IMG/VR virus record: IMGVR_UViG_3300025880_000042 | Reading direction: 5' to 3' (one strand) | DNA length: 34,816 bases | From: a virus | Shown here: one piece after another, positions 1 through 8,350 of the stretch | How the letters are laid out: each line of letters starts with the position of its first letter | Numbering within the stretch: position 1 is the first letter of the stretch | Program-made: the position numbers and the translations under genes | Notes under the pieces: model-generated | What the model was told of the DNA's origin: nothing | Databases searched by the model: none | The model's input: the letters and a program-made list of their open reading frames with translations, nothing else

Positions 1-91
1 CTTAAATACTATTTTATCAATTAGCTTTCTCATTTATTTTCTCGTTTAGTCGTTTAATATCTTTTCTTACTCTTTCCCTTTCAAGTTTTAT
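1..91. repeat. Terminal direct repeat, left copy (identical to 34726..34816); circular closure or terminal redundancy
   Basis: Bases 1-91 recur base-for-base at 34726-34816. ORFs read through the junction. Confidence 0.95.
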
Positions 92-310
92 TTCTAATAT
101 CTCGCTTTCTAAAACTCTAATGTCAGGAAACACATAAGTATTTTGATTGAATCTTAGTGCCTTTGCCTCGCTCTCTGTGTCTGTTATTCTGCCCTCTAAA
201 TGTGAATATAGTAATACCGCACTACCAACTAATATAACTATCTGTATTAGCCATTTAATGTTTATGGATATTCCTGCATCATCATTTAGCTTAGGTAGAT
301 TTTCTCCCAT
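17..310 (-). CDS. Membrane-anchored coiled-coil protein in the lysis cassette (spanin- or antiholin-like candidate)
   Basis: 97-aa ORF. One N-terminal hydrophobic helix (WLIQIVILVGSAVLLY) is followed by a charged heptad-like tail (ILEIKLERERVRKDIKRLNEKINEK). It lies just upstream of the endolysin once the window is circularised. Confidence 0.55.
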   Translation of the reverse strand: MGENLPKLNDDAGISINIKWLIQIVILVGSAVLLYSHLEGRITDTESEAKALRFNQNTYVFPDIRVLESEILEIKLERERVRKDIKRLNEKINEKAN

Positions 311-473
311 TAATTTTGCCTTTCAAGTAATAGAATAATTCTTTTCCTAATAGACCAAAGAAGCCACCGACAAGACCAACTACTGCGGCTTGTGCTACTC
401 CCATAATTGTTACAGTTGATAGGGCAGTAAATACAAAGCCACTAATGAATGATATTTTATTGTCAAGTGTCAT
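291..473 (-). CDS. Small two-TM membrane protein (holin-like candidate)
   Basis: 60-aa ORF with two hydrophobic segments (ISFISGFVFTALSTVTIMGV and AAVVGLVGGFFGLLG) and a basic C-terminus. It is the first gene of the lysis cluster. Confidence 0.5.
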   Translation of the reverse strand: MTLDNKISFISGFVFTALSTVTIMGVAQAAVVGLVGGFFGLLGKELFYYLKGKINGRKST

Positions 474-486
474 AGTTTATATGGGT

Positions 487-503
487 GGGGGCATTAAGCC
501 CCC
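487..503. other. GC-rich stem-loop GGGGGC-ATTAA-GCCCCC between the receptor-binding gene and the lysis genes
   Basis: Perfect 6-bp G/C stem in an AT-rich gap. There is no U-tract on the minus (sense) strand; a T-rich tail follows on the plus strand. Confidence 0.35.
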
Positions 504-514
504 TTTCCCTTTAT

Positions 515-2536
515 TTAATTACAAGGTGTTTCGTCGTTAAACAATATACCTACTTCTGCTAAACTAAGTTCTTTGTTAAAGATTCTTACTTGGTCTATTT
601 GACCTTTAAAAAATCTTGCATTTAAAGTATCAGATAAACCCGCACCCATAGCTAAATTCATACCACCTGCCGTATATGGAATTTGTGTTCCTGCGGTGTA
701 TGTAACAGTATCTTCAAGAGAATTGTTAATATAAATTTTACTTACTCCATTAGAACTACTATTTGTTACTACAATATTATACCAAGTGTCAACGACAGGT
801 GTTGTTGTAGATGTAGCATAAACTGCAGGTAAAGACGTTAGAAAAGAAAACTTATTTGAATCTGTAAGCCTTAAAATCCAACCTTGATTTGCAGATGAAT
901 AATTACCTAACAATTCTTGGTTTGTTGAATTAACTAAACTTGGCTTTGCCCAAAAAGAAAAACTAAATTCTTGCAAATTAAACGCAGTTGTTAATTCTGT
1001 TTGAATACTTGAAGTACCAAAAGAACCTGCCAAATCAAAATACCCTTGTGGATAAGTAACATCTGTTTGTACTCCGTTATAATTACCACTTAAATCAGCA
1101 GGCGAACCATCTAAAGGATAAGCAGCTATACAACTTGTATCTCCACCTCCTAATATGTTTAATGTATGAGTAGTTCCTGCACAAGCACCTTTAGCACAAG
1201 CAGATTCAGCAAATAAAATATCTACCTCTGTAGAATTTAAGGCTTTGTTGAATATACGAACTTGGTCAAGTCCATTTAATGAAAAAGCAGCACTACTTGT
1301 ATCTGTACCTAAACCATTAGTTGAAGCTAAATTACCTATTGCAGTATTATCTGTTGGTATTGAATTACTATAAGCAACTTTATTTATATAAACAGTCTGT
1401 GTATGAGTTATTAAATCTATAACTTGAACTATATGAGTCCAAGCATTCGTGTTTACAGATGGTAAGGATAAAGTATCAGATTGTGTTCCATTTCCTTCAA
1501 AATATGCTCTCCAAGTATCGCAAGCTATAAGAGGGTTGTCTCCTCCTTGACCTAAAGCCCAAACAGACCCGTCTGCATTTGTTTTGTACCAACCGCTAAC
1601 ACTAACTTGATTAGTTAGGTTATAATCAGGGTTTTGTACTCTACCTGCGGTTAAACATAAATCAAACTCGCCTACTCCATAAGATACATCAGTAGGTGTT
1701 CCTGAATAATTACCGCTTAAATCATTAGCATTACCATCTAATTGGTATGTAGCAATACAAGAAGTATCTCCTAAGACTTGTAAGGTATCTACTGTTCCAT
1801 CACAAATACATAGTTCTTCTGTATATAAAGCCTCTACTTCTAAAGGTGTTAATGCGGTGTTGAATATTCTTACTTGGTCTATTGAGCCGTTGAAAAAACT
1901 CCCACTTTGATAAGCTCCTATTGTAGCAGATGTACTTGTTGTTCTTCCTGTGGATTGTGGTATTAAGTTGTGAGTTCCTAAAAAACTACCATTTAAATAA
2001 ATTTTAGCAGTACTTGCTGAAGCATCATAAACCGCAGATATATTATACCAAGTTCCTGCGGTTAAAACAGATTTAGCTGCGGTATTGTAATTGTTTGCAT
2101 ATTCTGTTGTGCTTCCGTAACATCTTTCAAAACTTATTCCCACTCCATCTGATTGAAAATAAATAAATGTTATAAATGGAGCAAATACATTTGCACTTTG
2201 ATTACCAAACAAACAAACTGATCCTGTTGTTGGCACAGAGCTGAAATTAACCCAAACAGAATATGAGCAATCAGTATCTGTATTAGGTATTGGATTAGTA
2301 AAATCTATTTTTGATGTACTCCCGTTAAACACTCCCGCTTGACCAAATACACCTGCACCATAAGATGAAGCTATAAATGTTCCATCATTTTCATTTGGGC
2401 TTAAATCATCAGCATTTCCATTTAGCTGCCAAAGACCCACACCACCACCATCAAATGGGTCAAAGTTATCTACTATATCAGTACAACCGCCGCCACCACC
2501 ACCTGCAACTTTAGTATTTATTAATCTATTATTCAT
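515..2536 (-). CDS. Tail fibre / receptor-binding protein with three tandem LamG-like (concanavalin-A-like lectin) domains
   Basis: 673-aa ORF. Three internal repeats each start with L(D/N)G(N/S)xxDLSxN and end with (I/L)DQVRIFN(K/T)xL(S/T)xxE(V), as in Laminin_G_3-type domains. It is the last gene of the virion module. Confidence 0.7.
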   Translation of the reverse strand: MNNRLINTKVAGGGGGGCTDIVDNFDPFDGGGVGLWQLNGNADDLSPNENDGTFIASSYGAGVFGQAGVFNGSTSKIDFTNPIPNTDTDCSYSVWVNFSSVPTTGSVCLFGNQSANVFAPFITFIYFQSDGVGISFERCYGSTTEYANNYNTAAKSVLTAGTWYNISAVYDASASTAKIYLNGSFLGTHNLIPQSTGRTTSTSATIGAYQSGSFFNGSIDQVRIFNTALTPLEVEALYTEELCICDGTVDTLQVLGDTSCIATYQLDGNANDLSGNYSGTPTDVSYGVGEFDLCLTAGRVQNPDYNLTNQVSVSGWYKTNADGSVWALGQGGDNPLIACDTWRAYFEGNGTQSDTLSLPSVNTNAWTHIVQVIDLITHTQTVYINKVAYSNSIPTDNTAIGNLASTNGLGTDTSSAAFSLNGLDQVRIFNKALNSTEVDILFAESACAKGACAGTTHTLNILGGGDTSCIAAYPLDGSPADLSGNYNGVQTDVTYPQGYFDLAGSFGTSSIQTELTTAFNLQEFSFSFWAKPSLVNSTNQELLGNYSSANQGWILRLTDSNKFSFLTSLPAVYATSTTTPVVDTWYNIVVTNSSSNGVSKIYINNSLEDTVTYTAGTQIPYTAGGMNLAMGAGLSDTLNARFFKGQIDQVRIFNKELSLAEVGILFNDETPCN

Positions 2537-2551
2537 ACTCTTGTTTTAAGG

Positions 2552-3055
2552 TTATACTAACTCTAAAGGGTCTATTGGCTCTACTAATACAATTTGATAT
2601 TTAAGCACTTCTGCAATAGTTTCTAAGGCATCAATTTCTAATTCAGCAGCATCTGCTTTAGTTCTTATGTCTTCTCTTTCGGCTGCTATATTTTCAGGAA
2701 TACCTGCGGATATGTCTGCATTTCTAATAACATACCAATCAGTAACTTTTAATAAGTCTCCTGCTTTCTTTTTAACCTCTGACTTCTTAGTCTCTTTAGC
2801 TTGTTCTAATGTTTGGCTAAATACCTTGTCTGTTACATCGTAAGTAAATACACTATCAGCCTCTACAAAATGTAAGTTAGATATTTGTTGTGTTATGCTA
2901 TCGTAAGAAGGCATAACTACATTATAGAAACCATAAGCCTCTGCTTCTGCATCAGATAGCTTGTTAAAGTTTAAGTGTACACCGCTCGCATCTTCCCAAG
3001 TCTTAGGGAGTCTGTTAAAGGTTTTAATTTTTCCGTTAATTTCTATTGCTTTCAT
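2552..3055 (-). CDS. Hypothetical protein (fibre-associated by position)
   Basis: 167-aa ORF tightly packed between two fibre-like genes. No motif recognised. Confidence 0.5.
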   Translation of the reverse strand: MKAIEINGKIKTFNRLPKTWEDASGVHLNFNKLSDAEAEAYGFYNVVMPSYDSITQQISNLHFVEADSVFTYDVTDKVFSQTLEQAKETKKSEVKKKAGDLLKVTDWYVIRNADISAGIPENIAAEREDIRTKADAAELEIDALETIAEVLKYQIVLVEPIDPLELV

Positions 3056-3058
3056 ATC

Positions 3059-3658
3059 TTATTGTTCTTGTGAAATTGATGTCCAATACTCGCCTGTGGC
3101 AGTTACTACGACTTGAATAAAGTTTATTCCTGTTGTTGGTGTTCCTGCTATAATTTTAGTCCCTGTTGGTAGCGTAAAAGTGTTTCCGTCAGCGTTAATG
3201 ATTAAGTCTTTAACCATTCCTATTTCTGTGCCTGCATATGTAAAATCAGTCGTTCCTGTAAGTGTTTTAGTAAATACTTGGGCTGAACCAAAATTAACTT
3301 CTGCGGCACTTATAACCGCACTTTCTGTAAATTCTACTGCTAACTTATCATATGTAACAATATCGTTAGCTAAGTGTACTGTATCAATAGAACCATCTAC
3401 GTATTGGTCTGAATCTACTGAATTAGCAGCCATTTTAGCGTTTGTTACTCCGCCATCAGTTATACTTACCGCTACCTCTCCTGTGGTTGGGGTAGCTGTT
3501 ATACCTCCACTACCTGTTACTGAGTTTACATCACTTGCATCAGCATCATATAATTCAGTGAAGTTTTCATTTATCCACTGAAAAGCCGTTGCTAATGGAG
3601 TTCCATTACCTGAATCTGCCCCTACAGCAGGTATTGTTACTATTGTTTTTTTTGCCAT
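3059..3658 (-). CDS. Tail fibre-like structural protein
   Basis: 199-aa ORF. The N-terminal GTPLATAFQWINENFTELY resembles the conserved N-terminal motif of many phage fibre proteins. The rest is Thr/Gly/Ala/Val-rich. Confidence 0.5.
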   Translation of the reverse strand: MAKKTIVTIPAVGADSGNGTPLATAFQWINENFTELYDADASDVNSVTGSGGITATPTTGEVAVSITDGGVTNAKMAANSVDSDQYVDGSIDTVHLANDIVTYDKLAVEFTESAVISAAEVNFGSAQVFTKTLTGTTDFTYAGTEIGMVKDLIINADGNTFTLPTGTKIIAGTPTTGINFIQVVVTATGEYWTSISQEQ

Positions 3659-3670
3659 GTTTTTTTATTT

Positions 3671-3871
3671 TTAAAGTTGTGTTCTATCTGCTGTTAATGT
3701 TGTTGTATCTGCCGTAAATAAAGTAGTGTCTGCTGTTAATCTGAACAAATCCCAACAAGTAGGGGCGGATATATCAGGTACTGCATTTGTACTCCAATAA
3801 GTGTCTGCTCCCCAACTATCATTGGTTGCCATATCACAATAAACTTTACCCCAATTTATGTTGTTTGCCAT
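3671..3871 (-). CDS. Small Trp-rich protein ending in three xTAD(T/R)T repeats
   Basis: 66-aa ORF with C-terminus LTADTTLFTADTTTLTADRTQL. The same short repeat occurs in ORF 15114..16214. Confidence 0.5.
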   Translation of the reverse strand: MANNINWGKVYCDMATNDSWGADTYWSTNAVPDISAPTCWDLFRLTADTTLFTADTTTLTADRTQL

Positions 3872-3952
3872 TGTTGTTAATTTGTTTTAAATAAGCTTCT
3901 AACTTTATTATATTACTTTGTTTAGGCTTATATGTTTTAATTTTATCTTTCT

Positions 3953-4468
3953 CTACAGAACCCATGAATGAAAGTTTACATCTTTGTCGGGGTACATCTC
4001 TCCATTAGTACTTTGATTATACTCAGGAAACAGTTGACTATAGAACCCCATGTAATCAACAAATCTCCTTGTGTAAAACTCAGCAGTCTCAGTAACCTTA
4101 TTTAGCATCATGGTCATTTCTTCCAACGAAATAGTTTCCGAGCTTTCTGAACGATGCTTGTAAACCCCTCCGTTACTGATCTGATACATTGCAAAAGGAA
4201 TGTAGTTGCTTTGAGTGAACCATATAAGCATAGGCTTGATATAATCATCCAATAAGTCTTTATAGTTTGAGTTACCTGCATCAGATATAGTTCCGTTTAA
4301 TATTAGTGTTTGTAATTTGTTATATAGTTTACCACCTAAGTAGTTTTGGATATGAGTATCTTGTGCTACTTCGATGAATTGTATAATTTTATCATTATCC
4401 ACATTTCCATCAATAATGGACTTGCGTTTTAGTTCTTCTAATCCTATGAATAGAGCTTTGTTCGCCAT
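3953..4468 (-). CDS. Hypothetical virion protein (head-tail connector candidate by position)
   Basis: 171-aa ORF immediately downstream of the portal gene. No diagnostic motif recognised. Confidence 0.45.
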   Translation of the reverse strand: MANKALFIGLEELKRKSIIDGNVDNDKIIQFIEVAQDTHIQNYLGGKLYNKLQTLILNGTISDAGNSNYKDLLDDYIKPMLIWFTQSNYIPFAMYQISNGGVYKHRSESSETISLEEMTMMLNKVTETAEFYTRRFVDYMGFYSQLFPEYNQSTNGEMYPDKDVNFHSWVL

Positions 4469-4473
4469 ATTAA

Positions 4474-6288
4474 TTATTTTTTAGTGTTTGGATAAGCTCC
4501 CCCATTCTTCATGTCAGAAGGTCTTACTGATACTTCTTTTGGGTTTTTGGGTTCAACAAATCCTTCTTCTGTAGCATCTGAAGCTTCAACTTCTGTGTTC
4601 TTACCCACTTTTTTCTTATAGACTCTTCTCTCCCACATGTGCTTACAGTTTTTTCCACCTTTGTAGAGAAACAAGCTATAGTTTTGCTTCTTATGTCCAA
4701 GATCTCTGTTAGCTCCTTTGAAAGACATCATTCCAATATCTTCTTTTCTAAACACTACATCTTTTTTAGTCAGAGCTTCCATCTTCTTGCAAAACACTCT
4801 ACTGTTAGCACTATTTCTTACAGGACCATAAGCATATCTTACTTTAAACCCTGCATTATCTTGCTTAGAGTCTTTATTGGGGTTGGCATCATCCTTAGAT
4901 ACTTTAGCTAAACTTGTTTTAAGCTCTTCTAATGAGGTTTCTGTTCCATCTAATAGTTGACTATCAATTAACTCCCATTCATCGCTTATAACCTCTCCTA
5001 AGTCTTCTAATTGCTCAAGCATATCCTCCCCATCTTCATCAGAGAAATCATCTAACTCAACTTCTTTTTGAGACGATAGGTTTTCAGATTGCTTCTCCCC
5101 TGTCTCTTCTTCCTTTCTTACTTTAGTAGATATGTTGTCTAACTCTGTAAATTCAATAGGTTGTAGAGTAATAAAGTATAGGTTTAAGAAGATTCCGTTA
5201 AAGTTTAGTATCTCGTTAAATCCATCAATTAAAGCCTGCTGAAATGGTCTAATAACAACATTGTCCATTATAATAGAAGCTGTTCTAAGCTCTTCTGCAT
5301 TGTTACCAAAGCCTGTGTTGTCCTTAATACCCATCAAGATAGGTGAAACAATTCTGTGACCCATCATAATCTTCTCTCTACTTTCTGTAGATAAGAATTG
5401 ATATTGTGCATGAGCATCAGGTAAATGTATTGGCTCTAAGTCAGCTTTAGTTTCTGCAGAGTCATTAAATGTAAGTATGAATTTACCTGCATTAGATGTT
5501 CCGCTAAACTTGTCGTATATCTTACTTTCTAATAACTCCTGAGTCTCTTCATTAGGTACTCCGTTATTAAAGTTGATTAGTAAGGAAGGTTGTAGACCAT
5601 TCTTTATGTTGTTGATATGGTAGTTAGATACTTCTTCTTCTAAAGAACAGTATTGTAAACAACCATTATAATCTACAGGTGCATAGTAATAAAAACCTGC
5701 TTTGTAAGGCTTAATTACAAATAACTCAATAACATCTGAATCAGAACCATTACCAAAAGTTGGTATTCTCTTAGGTTTGTCAGATGGTTTTATATCACAC
5801 CATTTAGGGTGGTAGTAGTAAGCTTTTATTTGACCATCAGTAGCTTTCTCAGCTCTTAATGTCTCCATTGGAAAGTGTAGTACTTTTACTATACTTGTTT
5901 TTTGCTTGTTGTAAACAAGCTGCATTGCAGACTGCCCAAGCATTTTATAGTCATTAACTACTTTCTTAACCTCTTTAGGTTTAAGTAGTAACTTCATTTT
6001 AGCATACATCTCAGGCTTAACATCTGAGTCAGTTGCATCTAAACCTCTACCATAAATCATCTCTACAATACCATTGATACAACCTGAATTGGTTGGACTA
6101 CCTAAGTATCTGTCAATTAACTGATCAAAGTAATCATTGTTTTCACCATACTGAACCCAATCCTTACCATACACCTCCTTAATCTCAGGAGCAGCATATC
6201 CTGAAAGATTAACAACCCTCACAGAACCCTCGCTAAATTTATTAGCAGGTTTTACGTTGTTATTTAATGTTACTCTTCTTTTAGCCAT
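4474..6288 (-). CDS. Portal protein fused to a C-terminal Mu-F / SPP1 gp7-like minor head domain
   Basis: 604-aa ORF. The N-terminal two thirds are portal-like (GSPTNSGCINGIVEMIYGRGL). An acidic linker is followed by SRVFCKKM...GGKNCKHMWERRVY, which resembles the Phage_Mu_F signature (R..C...nCrC/H). Confidence 0.7.
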   Translation of the reverse strand: MAKRRVTLNNNVKPANKFSEGSVRVVNLSGYAAPEIKEVYGKDWVQYGENNDYFDQLIDRYLGSPTNSGCINGIVEMIYGRGLDATDSDVKPEMYAKMKLLLKPKEVKKVVNDYKMLGQSAMQLVYNKQKTSIVKVLHFPMETLRAEKATDGQIKAYYYHPKWCDIKPSDKPKRIPTFGNGSDSDVIELFVIKPYKAGFYYYAPVDYNGCLQYCSLEEEVSNYHINNIKNGLQPSLLINFNNGVPNEETQELLESKIYDKFSGTSNAGKFILTFNDSAETKADLEPIHLPDAHAQYQFLSTESREKIMMGHRIVSPILMGIKDNTGFGNNAEELRTASIIMDNVVIRPFQQALIDGFNEILNFNGIFLNLYFITLQPIEFTELDNISTKVRKEEETGEKQSENLSSQKEVELDDFSDEDGEDMLEQLEDLGEVISDEWELIDSQLLDGTETSLEELKTSLAKVSKDDANPNKDSKQDNAGFKVRYAYGPVRNSANSRVFCKKMEALTKKDVVFRKEDIGMMSFKGANRDLGHKKQNYSLFLYKGGKNCKHMWERRVYKKKVGKNTEVEASDATEEGFVEPKNPKEVSVRPSDMKNGGAYPNTKK

Positions 6289-6293
6289 AAGTG

Positions 6294-6668
6294 TTATTCT
6301 AAAATGATATAATCGCCACCTGTGCCATTATACTCTTCATACTCATTTGTGTTTAAAGTATGTTTTATAGTTTTATCTACTTGATCAGTTGCGTAAGCTT
6401 TATCTCTAAACCACAACTCACCATCTTTTGTGAACTCTAAGTAATAACCATAACCCTCTCTTAAAATAGAGAAAGCTATGTCCATGTAAACATAGTTGCT
6501 ATTGTTATCAGGAATTTCAGCTACAATGTCTTCAATAGTTTCAGATATATTCGTACCATCCTCAGTTATAACCAAAGTAACATTATCAAAAGAAACCTCC
6601 TCAGTAGGAAACTCCCTTGGAACAACCGCAATTATCTGAGCTTCTGTATCAGGTAATAATCTTATCAT
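6294..6668 (-). CDS. Hypothetical acidic protein
   Basis: 124-aa ORF located 5 nt upstream of the portal start. Confidence 0.5.
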   Translation of the reverse strand: MIRLLPDTEAQIIAVVPREFPTEEVSFDNVTLVITEDGTNISETIEDIVAEIPDNNSNYVYMDIAFSILREGYGYYLEFTKDGELWFRDKAYATDQVDKTIKHTLNTNEYEEYNGTGGDYIILE

Positions 6669-6713
6669 ATTATGATAACTGAAAAGTTAAAATTTGTTTT
6701 TATTTTGGTGTAT

Positions 6714-6744
6714 AAAAAAAGTGGAGAGTAATAAAACCCCCCAC
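6714..6744 (-). terminator. Rho-independent terminator after the putative tail-tube gene
   Basis: Minus strand reads GUGGGGGG-UUUUAUUA-CUCUCCAC (8-bp stem with two G-U pairs) followed by U7. Confidence 0.6.
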
Positions 6745-6757
6745 TCTTTAATGTGTG

Positions 6758-6783
6758 TACTATGTTTAAGTACTATGTTTAAG
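6758..6783. repeat. Exact tandem duplication of the 13-mer TACTATGTTTAAG
   Basis: Copies at 6758-6770 and 6771-6783 are identical. The second copy contains the TAA stop (6779-6781) of ORF 6779..7306. Confidence 0.95.
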
Positions 6784-7306
6784 AACCACTAACGATAGTA
6801 AATCCTACATTTTCAGGAGTATCTCCTAAAAAGTTTGCAGGTGTTCTTTCCATAGCAGTTAAAGTAAGTGTGTAACCGCTCAAGTCAGACATTGCTGTAC
6901 CTGTAACGATAGTACCACCTGTTACTTCCGCACCATGCTCTAAACCTGCTAAAAAGAAGTTTCCGTTGTAATCTTCAATAATTACATGAGGTCTTCCGAA
7001 AGCCAAGATTTTAAGCTCTTTGTGGTCAGCTACAGTTAATTTCTTCAAAGTAACCTCAAGAACCTGCTCAAATGCAGTTGTTCCTGTATCTCTTGAAGAT
7101 TGAATGTTTTGAGTAAAAGAAGAAGCTCCTTTAATTTCGTATTTGTATGCGTTAGGTGTTCCTGCTACTGCATCAATTACATCTGAATCGGTTAAATCAT
7201 AAGTGATTGCTCCTAAATCATCGTAATTAACAAAGTACAAGTTTTTTAAGCCACCAACACTATCTTTGCAAGGTTCTATCCTTCCTAATGTTAAATCACA
7301 AGCCAT
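6779..7306 (-). CDS. Abundant virion protein, probable major tail (tube) protein
   Basis: 175-aa ORF directly after the capsid gene and bracketed by two strong terminators. The Gly/Thr-rich beta-type sequence is tail-tube-like. The call is tentative. Confidence 0.4.
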   Translation of the reverse strand: MACDLTLGRIEPCKDSVGGLKNLYFVNYDDLGAITYDLTDSDVIDAVAGTPNAYKYEIKGASSFTQNIQSSRDTGTTAFEQVLEVTLKKLTVADHKELKILAFGRPHVIIEDYNGNFFLAGLEHGAEVTGGTIVTGTAMSDLSGYTLTLTAMERTPANFLGDTPENVGFTIVSGS

Positions 7307-7334
7307 TTGTTATATATTTTAAGGTTATTGTTAT

Positions 7335-7371
7335 AAAAAAAGGGCAGGCAGGCTTTACGGCTTACCTACCC
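7335..7371 (-). terminator. Rho-independent terminator after the major capsid gene
   Basis: Minus strand reads GGGUAGGUAAGC-CGUAAA-GCCUGCCUGCCC (12-position stem with two G-U pairs and one mismatch) followed by U7. Confidence 0.7.
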
Positions 7372-7393
7372 TTTATCTTTATTTAATTTCTAA

Positions 7394-8326
7394 TTATGCA
7401 GGTGTGTAAAGAACGATGTCTGAACCGATTCCGTACTGTACTCCACTTGTGTAACGCATTACCACACGAACATTCTGACTTCCATCAATGTCTGCCATGT
7501 CAATAACCTTTACTAAGTTATGGTCTGAAAGTAATCCTGTTCCGAAGAAGATGTTAGATTTTTCAGCAGCCATGATGTAGTTATCTCCCAATCCGTTTGC
7601 AACAAAGATTTTTACACCATCAAAAGATAATGCTCCGTTGTTCCACCATTGAGTTCCTTGTGCATTCACACCATTAGCACCTAATCCTGCAGCTCCAAAT
7701 CCTCCTAAAGCTCTAACGTAAGCTCTTGCTACGTTTTGAGATACATATAGGTACAAGTCTTCTTTTCCGTAAACTGCAGATGGAATAGCATCAACAACTT
7801 TCCCTAATTCGTCAATTACGTTAGCAGCAGTAATAGAAGTTCCTGCTACATCAACAACAGAAGCATCAGCAGTAGCCAAAGCAACTAATCCATCGAATTC
7901 ACCTGCAGTAGCGTTAGCTCCTGACCAAATAGTTTCCTCTGTTTTTTCAGCAACTTTAGCAGCAACATGTGCAACTAAGAAGTCTTGAAAAGATGGAGGC
8001 AAGTTGTCAAATGCAGAATATCCCATTTGTACTGCTTCCCAATCAGATACGAAGTCTTTCTTACATAATTCTAAGTTTACTTGAAACTCTTCAGGTTGTA
8101 AGATTCTTTCAGTTAATGTAATAGTTGAAGTAGGATCAAAATCACAAGTTGCATCTGCAACAAGGTCATTTGTAGATAATTTTTTCATTACCTCTTTGTA
8201 CTTCACATTTGGTTTTACTGTAATTCCACCATTCTCAATAGTAGAAGCAGATAATAAAGCAGCAGAGATATATTTACCTGCAAACTCACCTGCGTAAGTA
8301 GTAGTAATGTTAGTAGTTGTAGCCAT
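7394..8326 (-). CDS. Major capsid protein (HK97-fold type)
   Basis: 310-aa ORF directly after an acidic scaffold-like gene and followed by a strong terminator. The sequence character is typical of phage major capsid proteins. Confidence 0.7.
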   Translation of the reverse strand: MATTTNITTTYAGEFAGKYISAALLSASTIENGGITVKPNVKYKEVMKKLSTNDLVADATCDFDPTSTITLTERILQPEEFQVNLELCKKDFVSDWEAVQMGYSAFDNLPPSFQDFLVAHVAAKVAEKTEETIWSGANATAGEFDGLVALATADASVVDVAGTSITAANVIDELGKVVDAIPSAVYGKEDLYLYVSQNVARAYVRALGGFGAAGLGANGVNAQGTQWWNNGALSFDGVKIFVANGLGDNYIMAAEKSNIFFGTGLLSDHNLVKVIDMADIDGSQNVRVVMRYTSGVQYGIGSDIVLYTPA

Positions 8327-8350
8327 TTTTAATTGTGTTTATTTAGTTTA

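Noticed and set aside
2489-2509. GGN-codon tract encoding GGGGGG near the N-terminus of the LamG protein, considered as a phase-variable repeat.
   Set aside because: The tract uses mixed codons (GGT/GGC), is not a perfect short tandem repeat and stays in frame. It looks like an ordinary glycine linker.
4395-4403. Perfect DnaA box TTATCCACA inside gene 3953..4468.
   Set aside because: It is a single isolated 9-mer within coding sequence. A rough composition-based estimate suggests that one such match on two strands of 35 kb is not surprising. Only the clustered sites at 19.4-19.55 kb were kept as a finding.
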